A stretch of 64,000 nt of DNA. It comes from Marsupella aquatica (Eukaryota; Plantae; Marchantiophyta). The stretch lies in the NCBI GenBank assembly GCA_973895155.1, contig OZ316897.1, forward strand, positions 22,791,455 to 22,855,454, in the 5' to 3' direction. The notes beneath the pieces are model-generated. The model saw only the letters and a list, made by a program, of their open reading frames with translations. It ran no database searches and was not told the origin of the DNA. Below are positions 38,301 to 53,689 of this stretch, piece by piece. A program made the position numbers and the translations under genes. The first letter of the stretch is position 1, and every line of letters begins with the position of its first letter.

Positions 38301-39913
38301 CATAGGTCAAATATCAGTACAGACGGCAGTCATTCACTTTCATAGCGCCCATCCTACCAAGAGCACAGTGGAGGGAACCGCAGATTAAGGCTTTGGTAAT
38401 CCTAAATGGCCTGGAATCGGGCCTGGAATCATCCCTTTGCTACTTGTCAAGAATGCACTTACAGTCTTGGCAATATGTTGCCTGCATGTTGAACCAATTC
38501 ATACAAATCTGCGTTTGTCCGACCCCTCTTACTTTCCTCTTTGAAGAAGACCTCCAGCATTCTCAATTCATCAAATGTTCTCATATCTTACCTAGGGTCA
38601 AGGTGAACCTTCTCTACAACCTCTAGGTCAAACATTTGAAATCAAGAGATTGCTTGTTTGCAGTTTCAATACATCTGGAAGTCCGTAACAAAGGATACAG
38701 AGCTCATAGTATTTCTGAGGAGAGAGCTTCGAGGTCCTCAGCTCTGATAGCATTTGTGCCGAAAACTTCAAGGCGTCCCTGAGATTGTTTGCATCCTGCA
38801 CAATAAAAAGATGAAGTCCTTTGAGTCGAGGCCCACAGGTAACTTTCATAAGGGGCACATAGCTCGACCCGTCCTGTCAGTGACATAGACAATGCACCCG
38901 AAAATGCATCCTGGGAAGCAGCTTGTGAGTATCATCGTTAAAACTCACGGCAAATTATCTATATGGAGCCAGTGAAAAACAATCGCTTGTGGACCATGTT
39001 GCTTTGACAGGATCTGAGAGAGAGAGAGTGACGATAAAAGATTTCCATGACTTGAAGCCAAACTCCATGACTTGAAGCCAAACTAGGGCCACAAAGTCAA
39101 AAGCACTTTCAGAGAGCACGAACCAAAACAGAAACACACGATTTAAACCCCATCGATCCAATAAAGCACAATTGTTCACCATAGGCTTCTCGTCCATGGC
39201 CTCGGTGCGTCAGATTCTTAGATTTTCCAAAATTCCACCATTTTCCGAGATGGGTCATATGTTCTAGCCGGTTTTCTTTTAATTCGTCGCTGGCAGGAAG
39301 CCAGGACGAGGGCGCTCCCGCACATCAACGATAATTCTTAGGAAGCGTATGAGACAAGCGTTTCCCCATCAATCCGAGATACTTATCCTTGTAGCTCACC
39401 GAAGGTGATGAGCTGGACAGCGATCTCACGCATAACCCACCAATCTACCATTCCCCCTAGAAGGCGAGTCCGTCCCAGGGTTTTTGCTGTAGCACACGGT
39501 TGAACATTTCCAATTCACATATGCAAATGCATATGTCACCCTTTCCTAGAGGTAGCACTCATTTGCCTCAAAATTCAAGTTCTAAACAGCTCGACAGTCA
39601 TAAATCTAAATCAAACCGAGTCAGAGAGCCAATTCGTCTGTACGTCTGCAGGCCACCCCAATTCTCTCAGATTACAGAGCTTCATTCATTAAGGAAGCTC
39701 CACCAATTGTTCGGAATTGGCGAAAAGGGAAGAAATGGAGAGAAGGTGAAAGTGAGAACAGAGAGAACCAGAGAGAACAGAGAGAACAGAAAAACGAACC
39801 AGAGCTCGATGCATGAAGAAGGCGTGGTGCTGGACGAGCGCCATCGCATCCGCCAGCCACTTCTCCTGCTCCTCGGTGCTGCTCATCACCTCTTGTCCTT
39901 GCTGGGACTGCAT
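32338..39913 (-). CDS. VPS35: Vacuolar protein sorting 35 (retromer subunit), 22 exons, about 795 aa
   Basis: Exons (minus strand) 39913-39800, 38795-38699, 38586-38463, 38291-38106, 37867-37780, 37507-37451, 37146-37057, 36840-36718, 36581-36507, 36314-36255, 36139-36023, 35915-35676, 35560-35492, 35138-35049, 34890-34801, 34662-34582, 34393-34325, 34093-34013, 33528-33421, 33202-33099, 32778-32665 and 32548-32338 total 2388 nt. Motifs [56 protein letters not shown]. Confidence 0.97.
38587..38698 (-). other. U12-type (minor spliceosome) GT-AG intron in VPS35
   Basis: 5' splice site GTATCCTTT and branch-like TTCACCTTGAC about 11 nt before the AG, with no polypyrimidine tract. Confidence 0.9.
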
Positions 39914-41789
39914 TGAGTCCAACTCGCTCTCTCCTCTCCCTGATTATTTAAGCCTACCTCCCTAAAACCACAAATCCTCACCCTCGTCCTTCTCCCCCTC
40001 CAGCAAACCAATGGATCGATCAATCAACCAGTCAACCGATCAACTCAACCAATCGACCATATCCACCACCCTCCGTCAGGAAAAATATCGATCGATCGCG
40101 GCAACGGGAGCAGGAGCAAACAATGATGGCATCGGAAGGGAGCTGATTCGCCTTCCACTTCAGAAGCTACGAGGGATGCCCAAACCAGGAGAGAAGGTCC
40201 AAATGGCGGAGACAGGAGAGACCTCCGCAACGAAGGTTGACGAGGAGGAGCTGAAGCGGAAGAGACCTAATTGATGGGGCGACTGCTCGGACGAAGCCGG
40301 AAAAGCTCGAGAACTACAGAGATTTTTCGTTTAGTTGCAGGATTGTTGTCTTTCTGTCGTGCTTTCTTTCTTCTTGTGTGCTGAGCGTTTCGTCACGGCG
40401 TTGGGAATTGGAAAGGAAGACTTCTTCGTTTGCTCTCCATGAAAGATCGACACAACACAATTCGCAATTCTCCCCTGATTCTCAGAAGAAGTCTACTGTA
40501 GTATCGTAGGGACGTATAGAAAAGTGCACTGCACCAAAACTTAATATTCTTACTGTTCAAACTACAGAGAAATGTCATAAATTGACCTACATCTCATTTT
40601 TTCACTTTCCAAAACAATGTATACATTATACATCAGTATTTTCGACATGCTTAGAATATCCCAAATACAAGTTGTAGAAAATTTTCCAGGTTCTACATTC
40701 ACCTCTAAAATTTGTCCCTGGAGGCTGAAATTTCAGTGATTATTTATTTGTACAGGGAGACCTCGATAAGTGCAACCTTCGTAAGTGAAACCTCGTGGCG
40801 AATTCAAGAGTTTTGTTATATAGTAACCCTCATTTCCAATGAGTTGTGGGTTTAGGGGAGGTAGGTTTAACAATGATCCAGAAAACTAAGGCTTCAGCCC
40901 AAGTTTGGAGGGAACATTATTGGCTATGCCCTGCTAACAAAGAGTTCAATACACTTCAATCCTATTAAAGTTGTGGGTAATGTGGCCAAATTGGGGTTAG
41001 TGGACTCTTCTTTAGGCACTGATCTAGGGAGGGTTGAGCCTTGTCTCTGGGTTTAACTACTCAGAACTTGAATAAGGGTTAAAACTGCCAGAAGGGCTTT
41101 GGGATGTGCTTTGCTCTAAGTTTCTGGCAGATTTGATGGAGCACATGAGACCAGTTTGAGCTCACAGCAGTGCCCCACAACCTCAACCAGATTTTCATGA
41201 GTCAATCTGCCTAGGTGCAATAATTTATGGTCACTCACTTTCTTCCTTCATCTCACTCAGAACTTTTCCAGTCCTTTTATTTATGGTTCTTTTCTCCTTT
41301 CTTCGCACTTGACGACAAACCCAAATTTCATGCAAATCTAGATTTACTTTATTCACCAAGGGACAAGTGGAGAATAGTTCTCTAAATGCTATTACACTCC
41401 CTCTGATGGGCATTCTCTTCCTAAAGTACAGAACAATACAAAGAGAACAATATGGAAGGGATTTTAGTGTAGCAAAAGGCTAACACTAAGTTCATTCAAG
41501 TTGTATCCTTTCCTATTTTAGATAGAGAGTCTCCACAACCAGCTTGTGTGTCTATGGGGGCTTTTACTTCTGGTAAAAGAAAGAGAAAATTACAAATTCC
41601 CCCTGCAAGTTATCAAAATTAGCTGGTAACCCTGAAAGTTTAAAATCTAAAGGAAATGCTCAACCTAGAGGAGAGGAATGTGAAAAAGGGAGAAGCTTAG
41701 GACACTTCTCCTTTTATATGGCCAGTGGTGGTTTAAAAGGAATGACAGAAACACCGAGAAACACCAAGATGAATGGCCAACCGACCGAA

Positions 41790-42500
41790 CAACCAGCTGC
41801 AGAAGGTGACCGCGTCGAGAGACAAGAACACCAGGAAACACTGAGATGACTGGCCAAACGACCTGCTGCAGAAGGTGACCACATCATCCATCCCAAGTTC
41901 ACAGTAGGAGTGCATGTACTGCGCAAAACCTACTATGTTTACTTTTCAAATTATATCACAACGCCATGAATAGTTTGTTTAGATTTCAATTTTCACTGAA
42001 AAGACAACATATACTAGGATACATCAGTGTTTCACATCAAAATGCCTAGAAGATCCCAAGGAAAACTTGCTTGCAATTTTCTCCACCCACCCACACACAC
42101 AACAAGTGTTTCACATCCAAATGCTTATTATTAGATTCTTAAAACATGCATTATTTAGTATTGTTTTCCGCAAACTCCTCCGACCTAAAGTTCTGCCCAG
42201 GACCGAAATCCTCAATAATTGTTCTTTATCGGGCGAACCTGATCGTCCCTAATAAGGGACAGTCGTAGTCGCCCAACAGTCACGCCAGGGACTCGGGAGA
42301 ACACGGCGGGGCCGGGTCCGACGATCTTCCGAACGACCCGCTGCAGAAGGTGACCCCGTCGAGAGGCCGGTACTTCGAGATGACCGGCTGCAACAGGTGC
42401 CCGCTTCGAGTGACAGAACACCAAACGCCGAGACGACCGTCTGCGGACGGTGACCGCGTCGAGTGATCCAGCTGACTGGCTGCAGACGGTAGTCGTCCGT
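41790..42500. repeat. Dispersed ~25-bp motif (ctgcagaaggtgaccgcgtcgag), about 6 copies between the divergent VPS35 and RNFT genes
   Basis: Copies or variants at about 41797, 41865, 42340, 42387, 42441 and 42479. Confidence 0.75.
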
Positions 42501-44497
42501 CCTCCAACGACGCGCCAAGGTGTGTGGGCGAGAGTGAGGACATTGTGGACTACTCGTCTAGTCTCGCCTCGTCTCGTCTCGTCGAGGAAAGAAGCTCGAG
42601 GAAGGATCAGGGAAGGGGGAGCGAAGCACAAGGAGGTGGAGGAGGAGGAGGAGGAGGAGGGGGAGGAGAAGCGCAAGTCGCAAAAGACGTGGTGTGGTGT
42701 TGTGTGGTGTGGTGACCGATTCAAGGATTTACCATGATGACCGAATTTCGCGACGAGCGGGGCTAATTATTGCGCTGTGTGATGTGATTCTGGCGCTGTG
42801 ATGTCGATGCTGCTGCTGTTTGCCGAACAGCATCGCAATAATAATATTGCGTCGTCCTTCGGCGGAGGTTTCGCTCACGGACGAGCTTGGACTCGTGCGT
42901 GAACATCACGGTGTTGTGGGTTGTTGTCGTCGTTGGTGTTGCTGATGTCGTCATTTCCATTGTTTCCACTTCTAGACCCACTCGGAGGAGCGCCGAGGTG
43001 TTGAGTCTACTTCAATCTTTCGAGGAGGGGGGGGAGGAGAAGCGGAGGGAAGACAGGAAGACGGAAAGAGGGCAAAGGGCAAAGACAGCAGGAGCAGGGA
43101 AACAGACGGGACGGACTGGTCTGCGTTTGGGGCGTTCTCAAGAGGATTCACGATGGTGGGACTACGAGCGATGTCGGAGGAGAAATCCGTGGCGCGGGAA
43201 GGGAGGAGGACGGAGGAGTACGAGAAAGCGGAACGAGGACCGGCGGGCTTGAGCTTTTAGTCTTCTCGTACGAACAAACCTCGGGGTTGAAAATCAGCAG
43301 GGTGTATTTGTCGACCAGGAATTGCATCCACAGGACAGGGCAGAGTAAGGTAGGGCACGGTAGGGTAGGGTAGGGTGGGGTAGGCCGTGGTGCGTTGTGA
43401 AGAGCACGGAGAGGACACCGTCGGGAGGCAATGGGGCGGAAGTGACCGAAGCCGGCCAATTTCAAGGTATGGCTTCTATGCGTGAGAGTGAGGAAGTACG
43501 AGGAGATTGTTGTCTTTCTTTTAGGTGGTTTGGAGGAGGAGGCGGCAGGGGGGTTCGTGGGTATGTGAATGCATCATGGCATAGTCTCACTGCGTGCCCA
43601 TGGTCTTTCTCCCCAGCTTCTTGTATTATACTAGTCGGTCTTATCTCCAGGATTCCGGTGATGAGGGACTTATTGAGTTACGTGTATTTCATTCTTTCTT
43701 TTGTCACGACCTAATGTCCCTTGGGATTGGGGTGCTACGGCTGGGGTCAATTTCAATTCATTGATGAACTGTTGAGTGTGTACATAGAGGGAAAATTGGG
43801 CTTTGGAGACTTGCAACGGGCCTGCCTGACTGCCTCGCTGACAAGGAAGAATTGAATCGTCCGTTTTCTCTTTGCCGGTTCTAGTTAGTGAAGACTTACT
43901 ACTGGAAGTGACGAAAGTGAGGGAACGCAGTGGAGGTCTCCTGCTAGGATCAACGGAGGGAGTTAGAAGATTGTGTTTGGTATCAAGAAGGACTGGATGG
44001 CGCCATAGCTTTGCCTTCTCTGCCACGTTGGTCTTGCTTACGCTGGTCGCAACTTGGATTGGGGTTTGGTATGGACGTCGTACAGATTTCTTAATCGTGG
44101 GCTGGTTGGGTGCATATGCTAGCGGCGGTGCAGGCTTCGAAAATGGGCGAGCGACAGTATTGCTCGTTGTTGTAGCCATCCGCACCAAGTTTCTGGCAGT
44201 GTGCGTTGTGCAAGTAGTCTCATGACATCGATGTGAGCGTGGTTGGAATTAGACGAGCTTTAAGGCATCATCGCAAGGTTTACCTACAGCGTACTGCTGG
44301 GGCCCCGTTCTGCTAGTGTTATAGTGACAAGTCCACAGAGGGATTTCTGGATTAGATTCCAATTGCGGTGTGGTGCTGATCCCTAGGTGGCTGTGCCTGG
44401 TACTGCTGTTCGGAAGGGATTGCCGTATTGTAGCTTAGCTTAAAGCAGGATATTGCTTCCCAAAGACGGGCTGGATTCAGCTGCAGGCCTCTAAATC

Positions 44498-47400
44498 ATG
44501 GAGAATTCAGGCTCAGCATCGGAGGGCATCCGGACTGGGATGTCGAGAAGGTATGGGATGCCATTTGCCTCCAGTTTATTGCCCGCCCCAATCTCGGCCA
44601 TCCTCGAGTTTTCGGGCCTGATGCGGGGCACCAGATCTCATTATTCGGAGCTTGAAAATTTAGGACAGACCACATCCGGAGCTCTTAGCCAAAACGGTGA
44701 CAACGAGCGAAACGGTGACAGCGGGGCAGAAGTATCAATTAGAATTATTGGCGTTGGAGAACAGGATGGAAGCAGAGGTGGAACAGGTTCTCCAAGCTCC
44801 CACGGGAGAAACATAACAGAGAATAGTGCTAGTACTTCTCAAGTGCCTCTCTCCTCTCTACTACCAACAATGCGATTACCATCCGTTGACGGCGGTGACA
44901 GGGGCACCATGAATATGTCTCCACGGTCTCCAAATACGGAAGAGAGGGGGGAGATGTCTGATAATGCCGGTGGGGGAAATGGAAGGGATACCGGGGGACA
45001 ACGTTATGACTTTCAGCAACTTGCGAGATGGATTGAACAGGCGTTGCCCTTCACCATTCTACTCTTGATGGTCTTCATTCGCCAGCATTTACATGGTATG
45101 ATTATTCGAGTCGTCATCGAGCTAATGGCCTGTTGAAAATTATACAGATTAAGATTTCCTCGAGCTACCAACTGGCCCTTACACAGTTGTTTGGCACGGG
45201 CGGATGCCAGGCAGGAAAACGGTGTTCTATTTAGGGTTGTATTATTATCATTCCTATCCAAAATGTAGGACAAGACAGGTACTTATCAATTTGAAAATGG
45301 ATGGTCGATATTGCAGGATTCTTTGTAACCTTCTGGATTTCGGCTGTGATGATCAAAGCCAACGACCTTCTCCGAAAACAGACCGCTCTCAAGGTCAGGA
45401 TTTTAAGTTCGAAAGCAGGGTGAGATGCACCATATGATGATGATGACTTTCGTATCGGATAATTTAAGACTTAGTCAGGACGAAGACAGGTAGGCTGAAA
45501 CAAAACTGAAACAATGTGTTGTTGCTGAGCAGGGTGAGAGAAAGACACTCATTCTTGTAGGCATTGGATTTGCTATGGTCACGCACATCATTGGAGTGTA
45601 TTGGTGGTATAGTAAGGACTCACTTTGGCGACCACTCGTTATTCTCCCACCACAAGAAATTCCAAGATTCTGGCAGGCTATCTTCATAATTGTTGTGAAC
45701 GGTAAGCATGACGCTGTCTTTAGTAAGGGTATTTGAGCAGACATTGTAATTACTTTCCATTGGAAATGTCGACATTTTCATTGTGGGTCTGGTTGGTCGT
45801 CAACTTTTCTACAGAATTTGTTAATGGTATGGACTCGTGAGCAATCATATAATTTTTATGCCATCATAGTGGCAAGTTAGCGGAGTATTAGTCTTGCCGT
45901 GCATAATTTCTGGTTTGGATGTAGATGTTTGTTACACTGAATTATGTGCATGAGGACCGAGTTAGTCTCGTTTGAATCTCATACTATTTGTTCTAAGAGA
46001 TAACCGTTGGTGGGTTGAACTGTTCTCCGTTGTAATTCAATTGAATAGATACAATGGTGAGGCAATCGGCAATGGTGCTCAAAATTGGTCTTCTCATATA
46101 CTACAAGAATAGTCGGGGACGGAATTACCGCCGACAGGTCTGCCTTTCCCAAATTTTCTAACTACCTCAAAATGTCTGCCGCACACAATGGTCTTGAGCT
46201 GCGTGTCGGACCCTTAGTTGATGTGGCCGGGTTCTATTGGTATAATGATGAACATGCACGCTTTTTTTTGAAAATATTTGGGGAGAAAATGATTGGCAGA
46301 TGACCTTTGTATCTCTATGTGAGTGAGCTACAGTTGATTCGTCACATATGGGTTGAATTTTTGGCCAGGGCCTGATGTTTATCTGAAATATAGAGACTGA
46401 AGGTTCTGATAGTCATTGACAGGGAGTGAACTTTAAACTTCAATGTCAGTTTCTGAACGCCTGTTCTAATGACTGGCACCTAACCGTTTTCTGTGTGGCA
46501 TATGATTGTGCAGGCTCAGCTGTTGACATTAGTGGAGTATATATTGCTGTTGTACAGGGCTCTTGTTCCGGGACCTGTTTGGTACCGCTTCTTTTTGAAC
46601 AAAGAATATGGAAATCTCTTTTCATCTCTCACGACTGGGTTATATTTGACATTCAAGCTCACGTCAACATATGAGAAGGTGTGATCACATCCATTTGAAA
46701 TCAACTCTTCCATTCGCCAGATATAAACTTAAAGCTTTACTGTCCACAGTTTGTCAAACCTTTGAGTTTCAGGCACGTTGGGGATTGACTCGGAATACAC
46801 AATAGACCGATATAACCCACTCGATATGCAGACGTATTATGTTTGACTCGTACTACAGACTGTGATCCAAATATTCGATGTCCCTTGTCAAAAAAATCGT
46901 CAAGTGTATGTGGCCAGCGATTAACCATTTCTGGACTAAATACTCTGCTGGCGCAGGTAAAAACATTTATAGCTGCTTTGCGTGCCCTTTCCCGAAGAGA
47001 AGTGCAGTATGGGGCCTACGCTACCACAGAAGAGGTATGCTGTCCTGCAATCAAGTCCTGTCGATCGGGAAGTCATTGCATTTCTTCCGTCACAGTTATT
47101 TTCTTTTCCATGTTGTTGAAGGGTCTTCATGCATCACATCTAGAGTCGAACAGACAAGCTGGTCATTTCTATCACACTGTTCCTTCACTTTCTTGTGATC
47201 CAATTATAACATTGCCCACAACTAGTTATCGCACTGAAAGGTTTTCAGTTTGCTAACGTTGGAAGACAATGGGAGCGTTGACAAATGGTTGGCCCTGCAG
47301 GTTTCCGCAGCAGGGGACATGTGTGCCATCTGCCAAGAAAAAATGCATGCCCCCATATCTCTCCGGTGCAAACATATCTTTTGCGAAGATTGTGTGTCAG

Positions 47401-47995
47401 AGTGGTGAGTCTCATCAATATAATTACTTTTGTGATCCCTTGCTGTGTCGTAAATCTTAATTTTGGAGACATTCACCCCGTTAGACACTTTTCGTATAGG
47501 ATGGTATCTACACCGGTCTCCTGCATAGTCCTTCTCATGCGCTCTATTAAAGATAGAACTCGTCAAGAGTCCTCTGCTCTAGCTTCGGAAAGAATGAGTC
47601 AATATCTTTACGTGCACATCCTCTCCTTAGTGGAATCGAAAGCAGATGAGCAAGTAGGCTCCAGCACTTAATTATGTAAGGAGCCCAACTGTGTCCGGGC
47701 TATTGAACATTTATCATGTTTGCCGTACAGCTTCCACAATCTTCTTAAATCCTGTTGAGTGTAATGATGATGTCCATAACTGAACGAGTGGGCTAATATT
47801 GCAAAGCTGAAATATGTGTACACTTGACTAGACACTTCTATGAGTACAATACGAACCTTGTGTTCTGACGTGTGGTTTTTGTCGTACAGGTTTGAGAGGG
47901 AAAGAACTTGCCCACTGTGTCGCGCAGTGGTTAAATCAGCAGGATTGAGATCGTTTGGTGATGGGTCAACGAGTCTCTTCATTCAAATATTTTAA
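44498..47995 (+). CDS. RING finger and transmembrane domain protein (RNFT1/2-like C3HC4 E3 ligase), 8 exons, about 461 aa
   Basis: Exons 44498-45095, 45317-45393, 45533-45701, 46049-46137, 46514-46678, 46957-47034, 47301-47404 and 47890-47995 join in frame. Motifs GEVSIRII-like [22 protein letters not shown], several TM segments, and C-terminal [39 protein letters not shown]...[12 protein letters not shown]. Confidence 0.93.
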
Positions 47996-50250
47996 TCCCT
48001 GGAGTTGTACAATTGAATTCCATTTGCTTCCAGGGTCTGGGCTGGAGTTATGAGCATCCTCACGTGAATGGTTTGTATGCCAGGTAGACGTCATTGTTAC
48101 AATACAGAGTTCATGGTGCTGCAGAACAATCCCCTGACAAGCTAATCCAGGGAGTCATGTACCAAATGGAAACAACTGAGCTGCACTGGACTACTTCCAC
48201 ACTACATTCAAGATAACCATCTCATGGACGTTCACGGAGCGACTTCCTGTTCTGTTGGCATTGAGCCTCTTCATCCAGAGCTGTCATGCCATGCCGAGGA
48301 ACATGTATTTTTAGAAGGATTTTCAAGGCCCACCCATCTCCCATCAGGTCACGCGAACACACACATACAACAAGATTTTGTTGTGTGCGTATCGATTGAG
48401 AAGCTGAATAATGGTGCTTCTTGTATGCTACTCTTGAAGGCTCTGCCTCGGTAGTTAGTAACGCTATCACCACTCTAGCTGTCATCGCTCATGATTCCGA
48501 TAACAAGCCCAACGGAAATAAAATCCGTGTGGCAAATATTAAAAATTTGTGATGGCTATCGGGAGTGACTTGATAATCCTGGTGTTTTGATCATGCGTCC
48601 TGGTCTGTTTGAAAATTAAGTATTAGGAACGAGTTAAGCGACGAGTGCCTCTTGATGCAGTCTTGTTAAATGTACTATTCAAGACGACATATTAGGTTAC
48701 TAAAGTTGTTCCCATAAGAGTATCAAGTTGAGTGCTGTGTGACAGCCATCTTCTACCATTTGAACAGGCGGGTAAAGAGGTGACTTTACCGGCGAGCTTG
48801 CAGCTTGTAGGAAGAGTAGAGAGGGTCATGGAATGGAAGCATGAAAGAATGAGAGGTGGTGTGTAATATCACGGATCTCGTCTCCATTATAGCCGAGGCT
48901 TTTTGTACACCTACACCTCGATTCCCTATTTTAAAGCATATCAAGGAGACTGGCCCTAGCAGCCTCTGCCAGGAGTTTGCCAATCGCGGTGATGCCCACT
49001 TAAGTGTATGGCAGAGCACATATAACTCGTTCTTCGAAAATTTACTGTTTCTGGGAGAGGTTTTCTACTCGAGCAATTACCATGGCATCTGTTTCTTGGC
49101 GCTTATGAGATTCGTTATGTCAAGCAAGAATACCACCAGGCAGGCCATCCAGGCAAAGATGACTTACTAGTCCATACGGGAGAAAAGGGTCCACACTATG
49201 GATCAAGTGAGTTGTAACTAGAAAGCACCATTCTACAAAGTCTGGAAATGAGGCATGGAAACATATTACCCTCTTAATGATGCCCTTCAACATTTTCCTT
49301 CGTACTTTTGAGAGCTTTATGGAGAGGAATGTACACTCATGGGGCAAGGTAAGATTTTCCTCTGTAATTTTGGGAGCTTCATGGAGAGGGAATGTACAGC
49401 CCAGATGTGGGGCAAGGTATTATGAAACTCCCCTACTCCTGCTAAAGATAGTAAAAATTTAAAAAATCCTCTTAAGCCCTTTAGTGTAGTAACGCCCTCT
49501 GATGGCAATATGGGCATTAATGGCCCCTAAAGCTCCATTTTGGGGGCTGCCATGGCCCACAATGCCCACTTACCAGTGCGTTATGACAGACTTTAAGATA
49601 CTTTTGAGGATCCCAGCCCAAAGGGCAGTTTGGCTGACAACTCATGAACTACCGTCTGGCCTATCCAAAACTATACATGGAAAAGAAACTTCAAAATTGA
49701 CATTAGAAGAGTACTCTCAATTACTTAGTAGAGTACTCAAAGTCAGCAGGAAGTTCAGTGCACACAAGAAAGGTGAAAGCATACAATATTCCAGACTTCA
49801 ATAGTGAGTCAAAACTCCAGTCCCAAGTGCCTATCTAATTTAAAAGCCCTATCGATCTTCGTTCATTATTAGAAAGTGAGACACTCCACCCATTTTGGGT
49901 AGGATCACTCTTCACAATACAATAATGCCCTTGTTCAAGTCTTCCTTGCAGTCCAATTTTCGGTTTGAAGACACCAAATAATTTCCATCATTGAGATTAG
50001 GTGTCCTACTTCCCATTCTCAGGTTGCAGCAAACTGTGGATCCAAGGAAACCCCCCACACCCATGTCTACGACGCTCAGGAATTGAACCCTCAGCCATTA
50101 GACAACGCCTCAAATGCAAACAGGCTGGCAAGGCATTCTAGCTATCAAAGATTCAACTCTGCGGCAGGACGAGGATCGGATGTAGAATGTGATGTAGCTG
50201 GGACCTCTCACGTGATAGTTTTGGAACTTGGATTGGAGCGAGTGTCTTAG

Positions 50251-52110
<1,860 letters not shown>

Positions 52111-53689
52111 TCCTTGTTATGTGGTCCAAGAGAGAACATGATGTCCCCGTGTGGAAATCGCAAGTGCCCTAGAAATTTGGTGATTACCTCAATGCATTCT
52201 TTTCATTGGCAAGCCCCTTGATAGTTGCATCCTCCTCAATCTATGCTGAGACTGAAATCCTTCAACATCAGAGAAAGCGCTACGGTCCCGTGTCATAGGC
52301 AAATGCAGATCCTTAGCTTGTCAAATCTGTCAACTTCCGTGAAATCAGAATGTCGCCATAGTAAGTCTAATTATGAAGAGGGATGGTTTGTCTCGTGTTG
52401 TGAATCTCAGTGTCTAAGGGGAGTGCGACGACTCGTGAAGACCGGTGAGCTGTGCCTTTTAGTGTCCTGGCAATCAGTCAGTGTGTCTCATTCTCTTTCC
52501 CTGTTTTGGACAAATTGATGCTCGAGTTCTTTCTGTAGAGGCTGTCATGGCGGAAACTGTTGCACCATTGGTGGCTGTCTGCATTACAAAGCAAGCTTCG
52601 TGCAACTATTGTGCGCAATAATACAATGAAAATATAAAAAGTATCGTCGGGCCGCTTCAGGGTCTACGACACTTCAGAATTAGCAATTGTAAGTGGTGGA
52701 AAGCTCGTCCAAGTAACTTCGGGGAAAATCGACTTTGAAACGTCTGGGGATAACGGACTGCCATCGTTTAAAAGGTCTTCCAGATAGGCGGAAGAAGTTT
52801 TGGGGCTCTACGACACTTTGAGATTGAACGGTGCCGTGATCTTGAACCTCTTGTGGGTATCCTTCGGCGTCTTCAGCCCCTTGAACATTTGACAGTATTC
52901 GGTAGGAAGCAGTCGGAAATAGGCGCTCTCCAGCAAACCGATGCTCTAGACCGGATAGATCTCCAATTAAATGACTTGTGCTTGGGTCAAATGACTTGTT
53001 CTTGGGTTTCGGTCCACAACTATTACGGGCTGCAAGTGACTATACATTGGAGCCAGTTGCACATAACCAACTCTTCGGTCCGATTTCCATGGTCGCCGAG
53101 GGAGAAAATTGTCGTACGTTTTCTCCTGGACTCAATGCCAATTATAGCTCATAAGTGTAGTATTCTGTAAACATATCTTTTCTTCCTGCGATCTTAAGTA
53201 AAGCATGACAACACGGAATCTGCTAGGGGTGATATCCCCAAGTCATGAAGACTCTTCCGTCCTTCCACAATACTCATCCACACCCTGCCTTTTGAGATTA
53301 ACCATCCTCGCATTCACTTATGAGGAGTCCAACAGCCATATACATTTTATACAAACTACTGAAAACGGTAGCTCAAAATCGCACTAATTGAGGACCCAAA
53401 TTGCTCTGCGTCATATAATACATATAAGTTCTCCTTCCACGAGCCTCATCAGGGACGAGCCTAAAAGCCCTTCGCATCTGGGCTATCTAGCTTGCCTGTT
53501 AGCCCATGGATCACTATGGGAGTTCTGTTCTCTAGGCTAAGCAGAGTACATCTAACCAAAGTGCACGAACCTACATTACGGCCCACCGCTGGGAATGTAC
53601 ATTACTCCTAATTATTAAAAACGTCATATTCATCGTAACCCTAATTTTGATGATTGTCGCTCAGCAAACAAATCGAAGTTATGATCATG

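Noticed and set aside
42734-42795. C/D box snoRNA (ATGATGA box C)
   Set aside because: No box D (CTGA) or terminal stem at a suitable distance.
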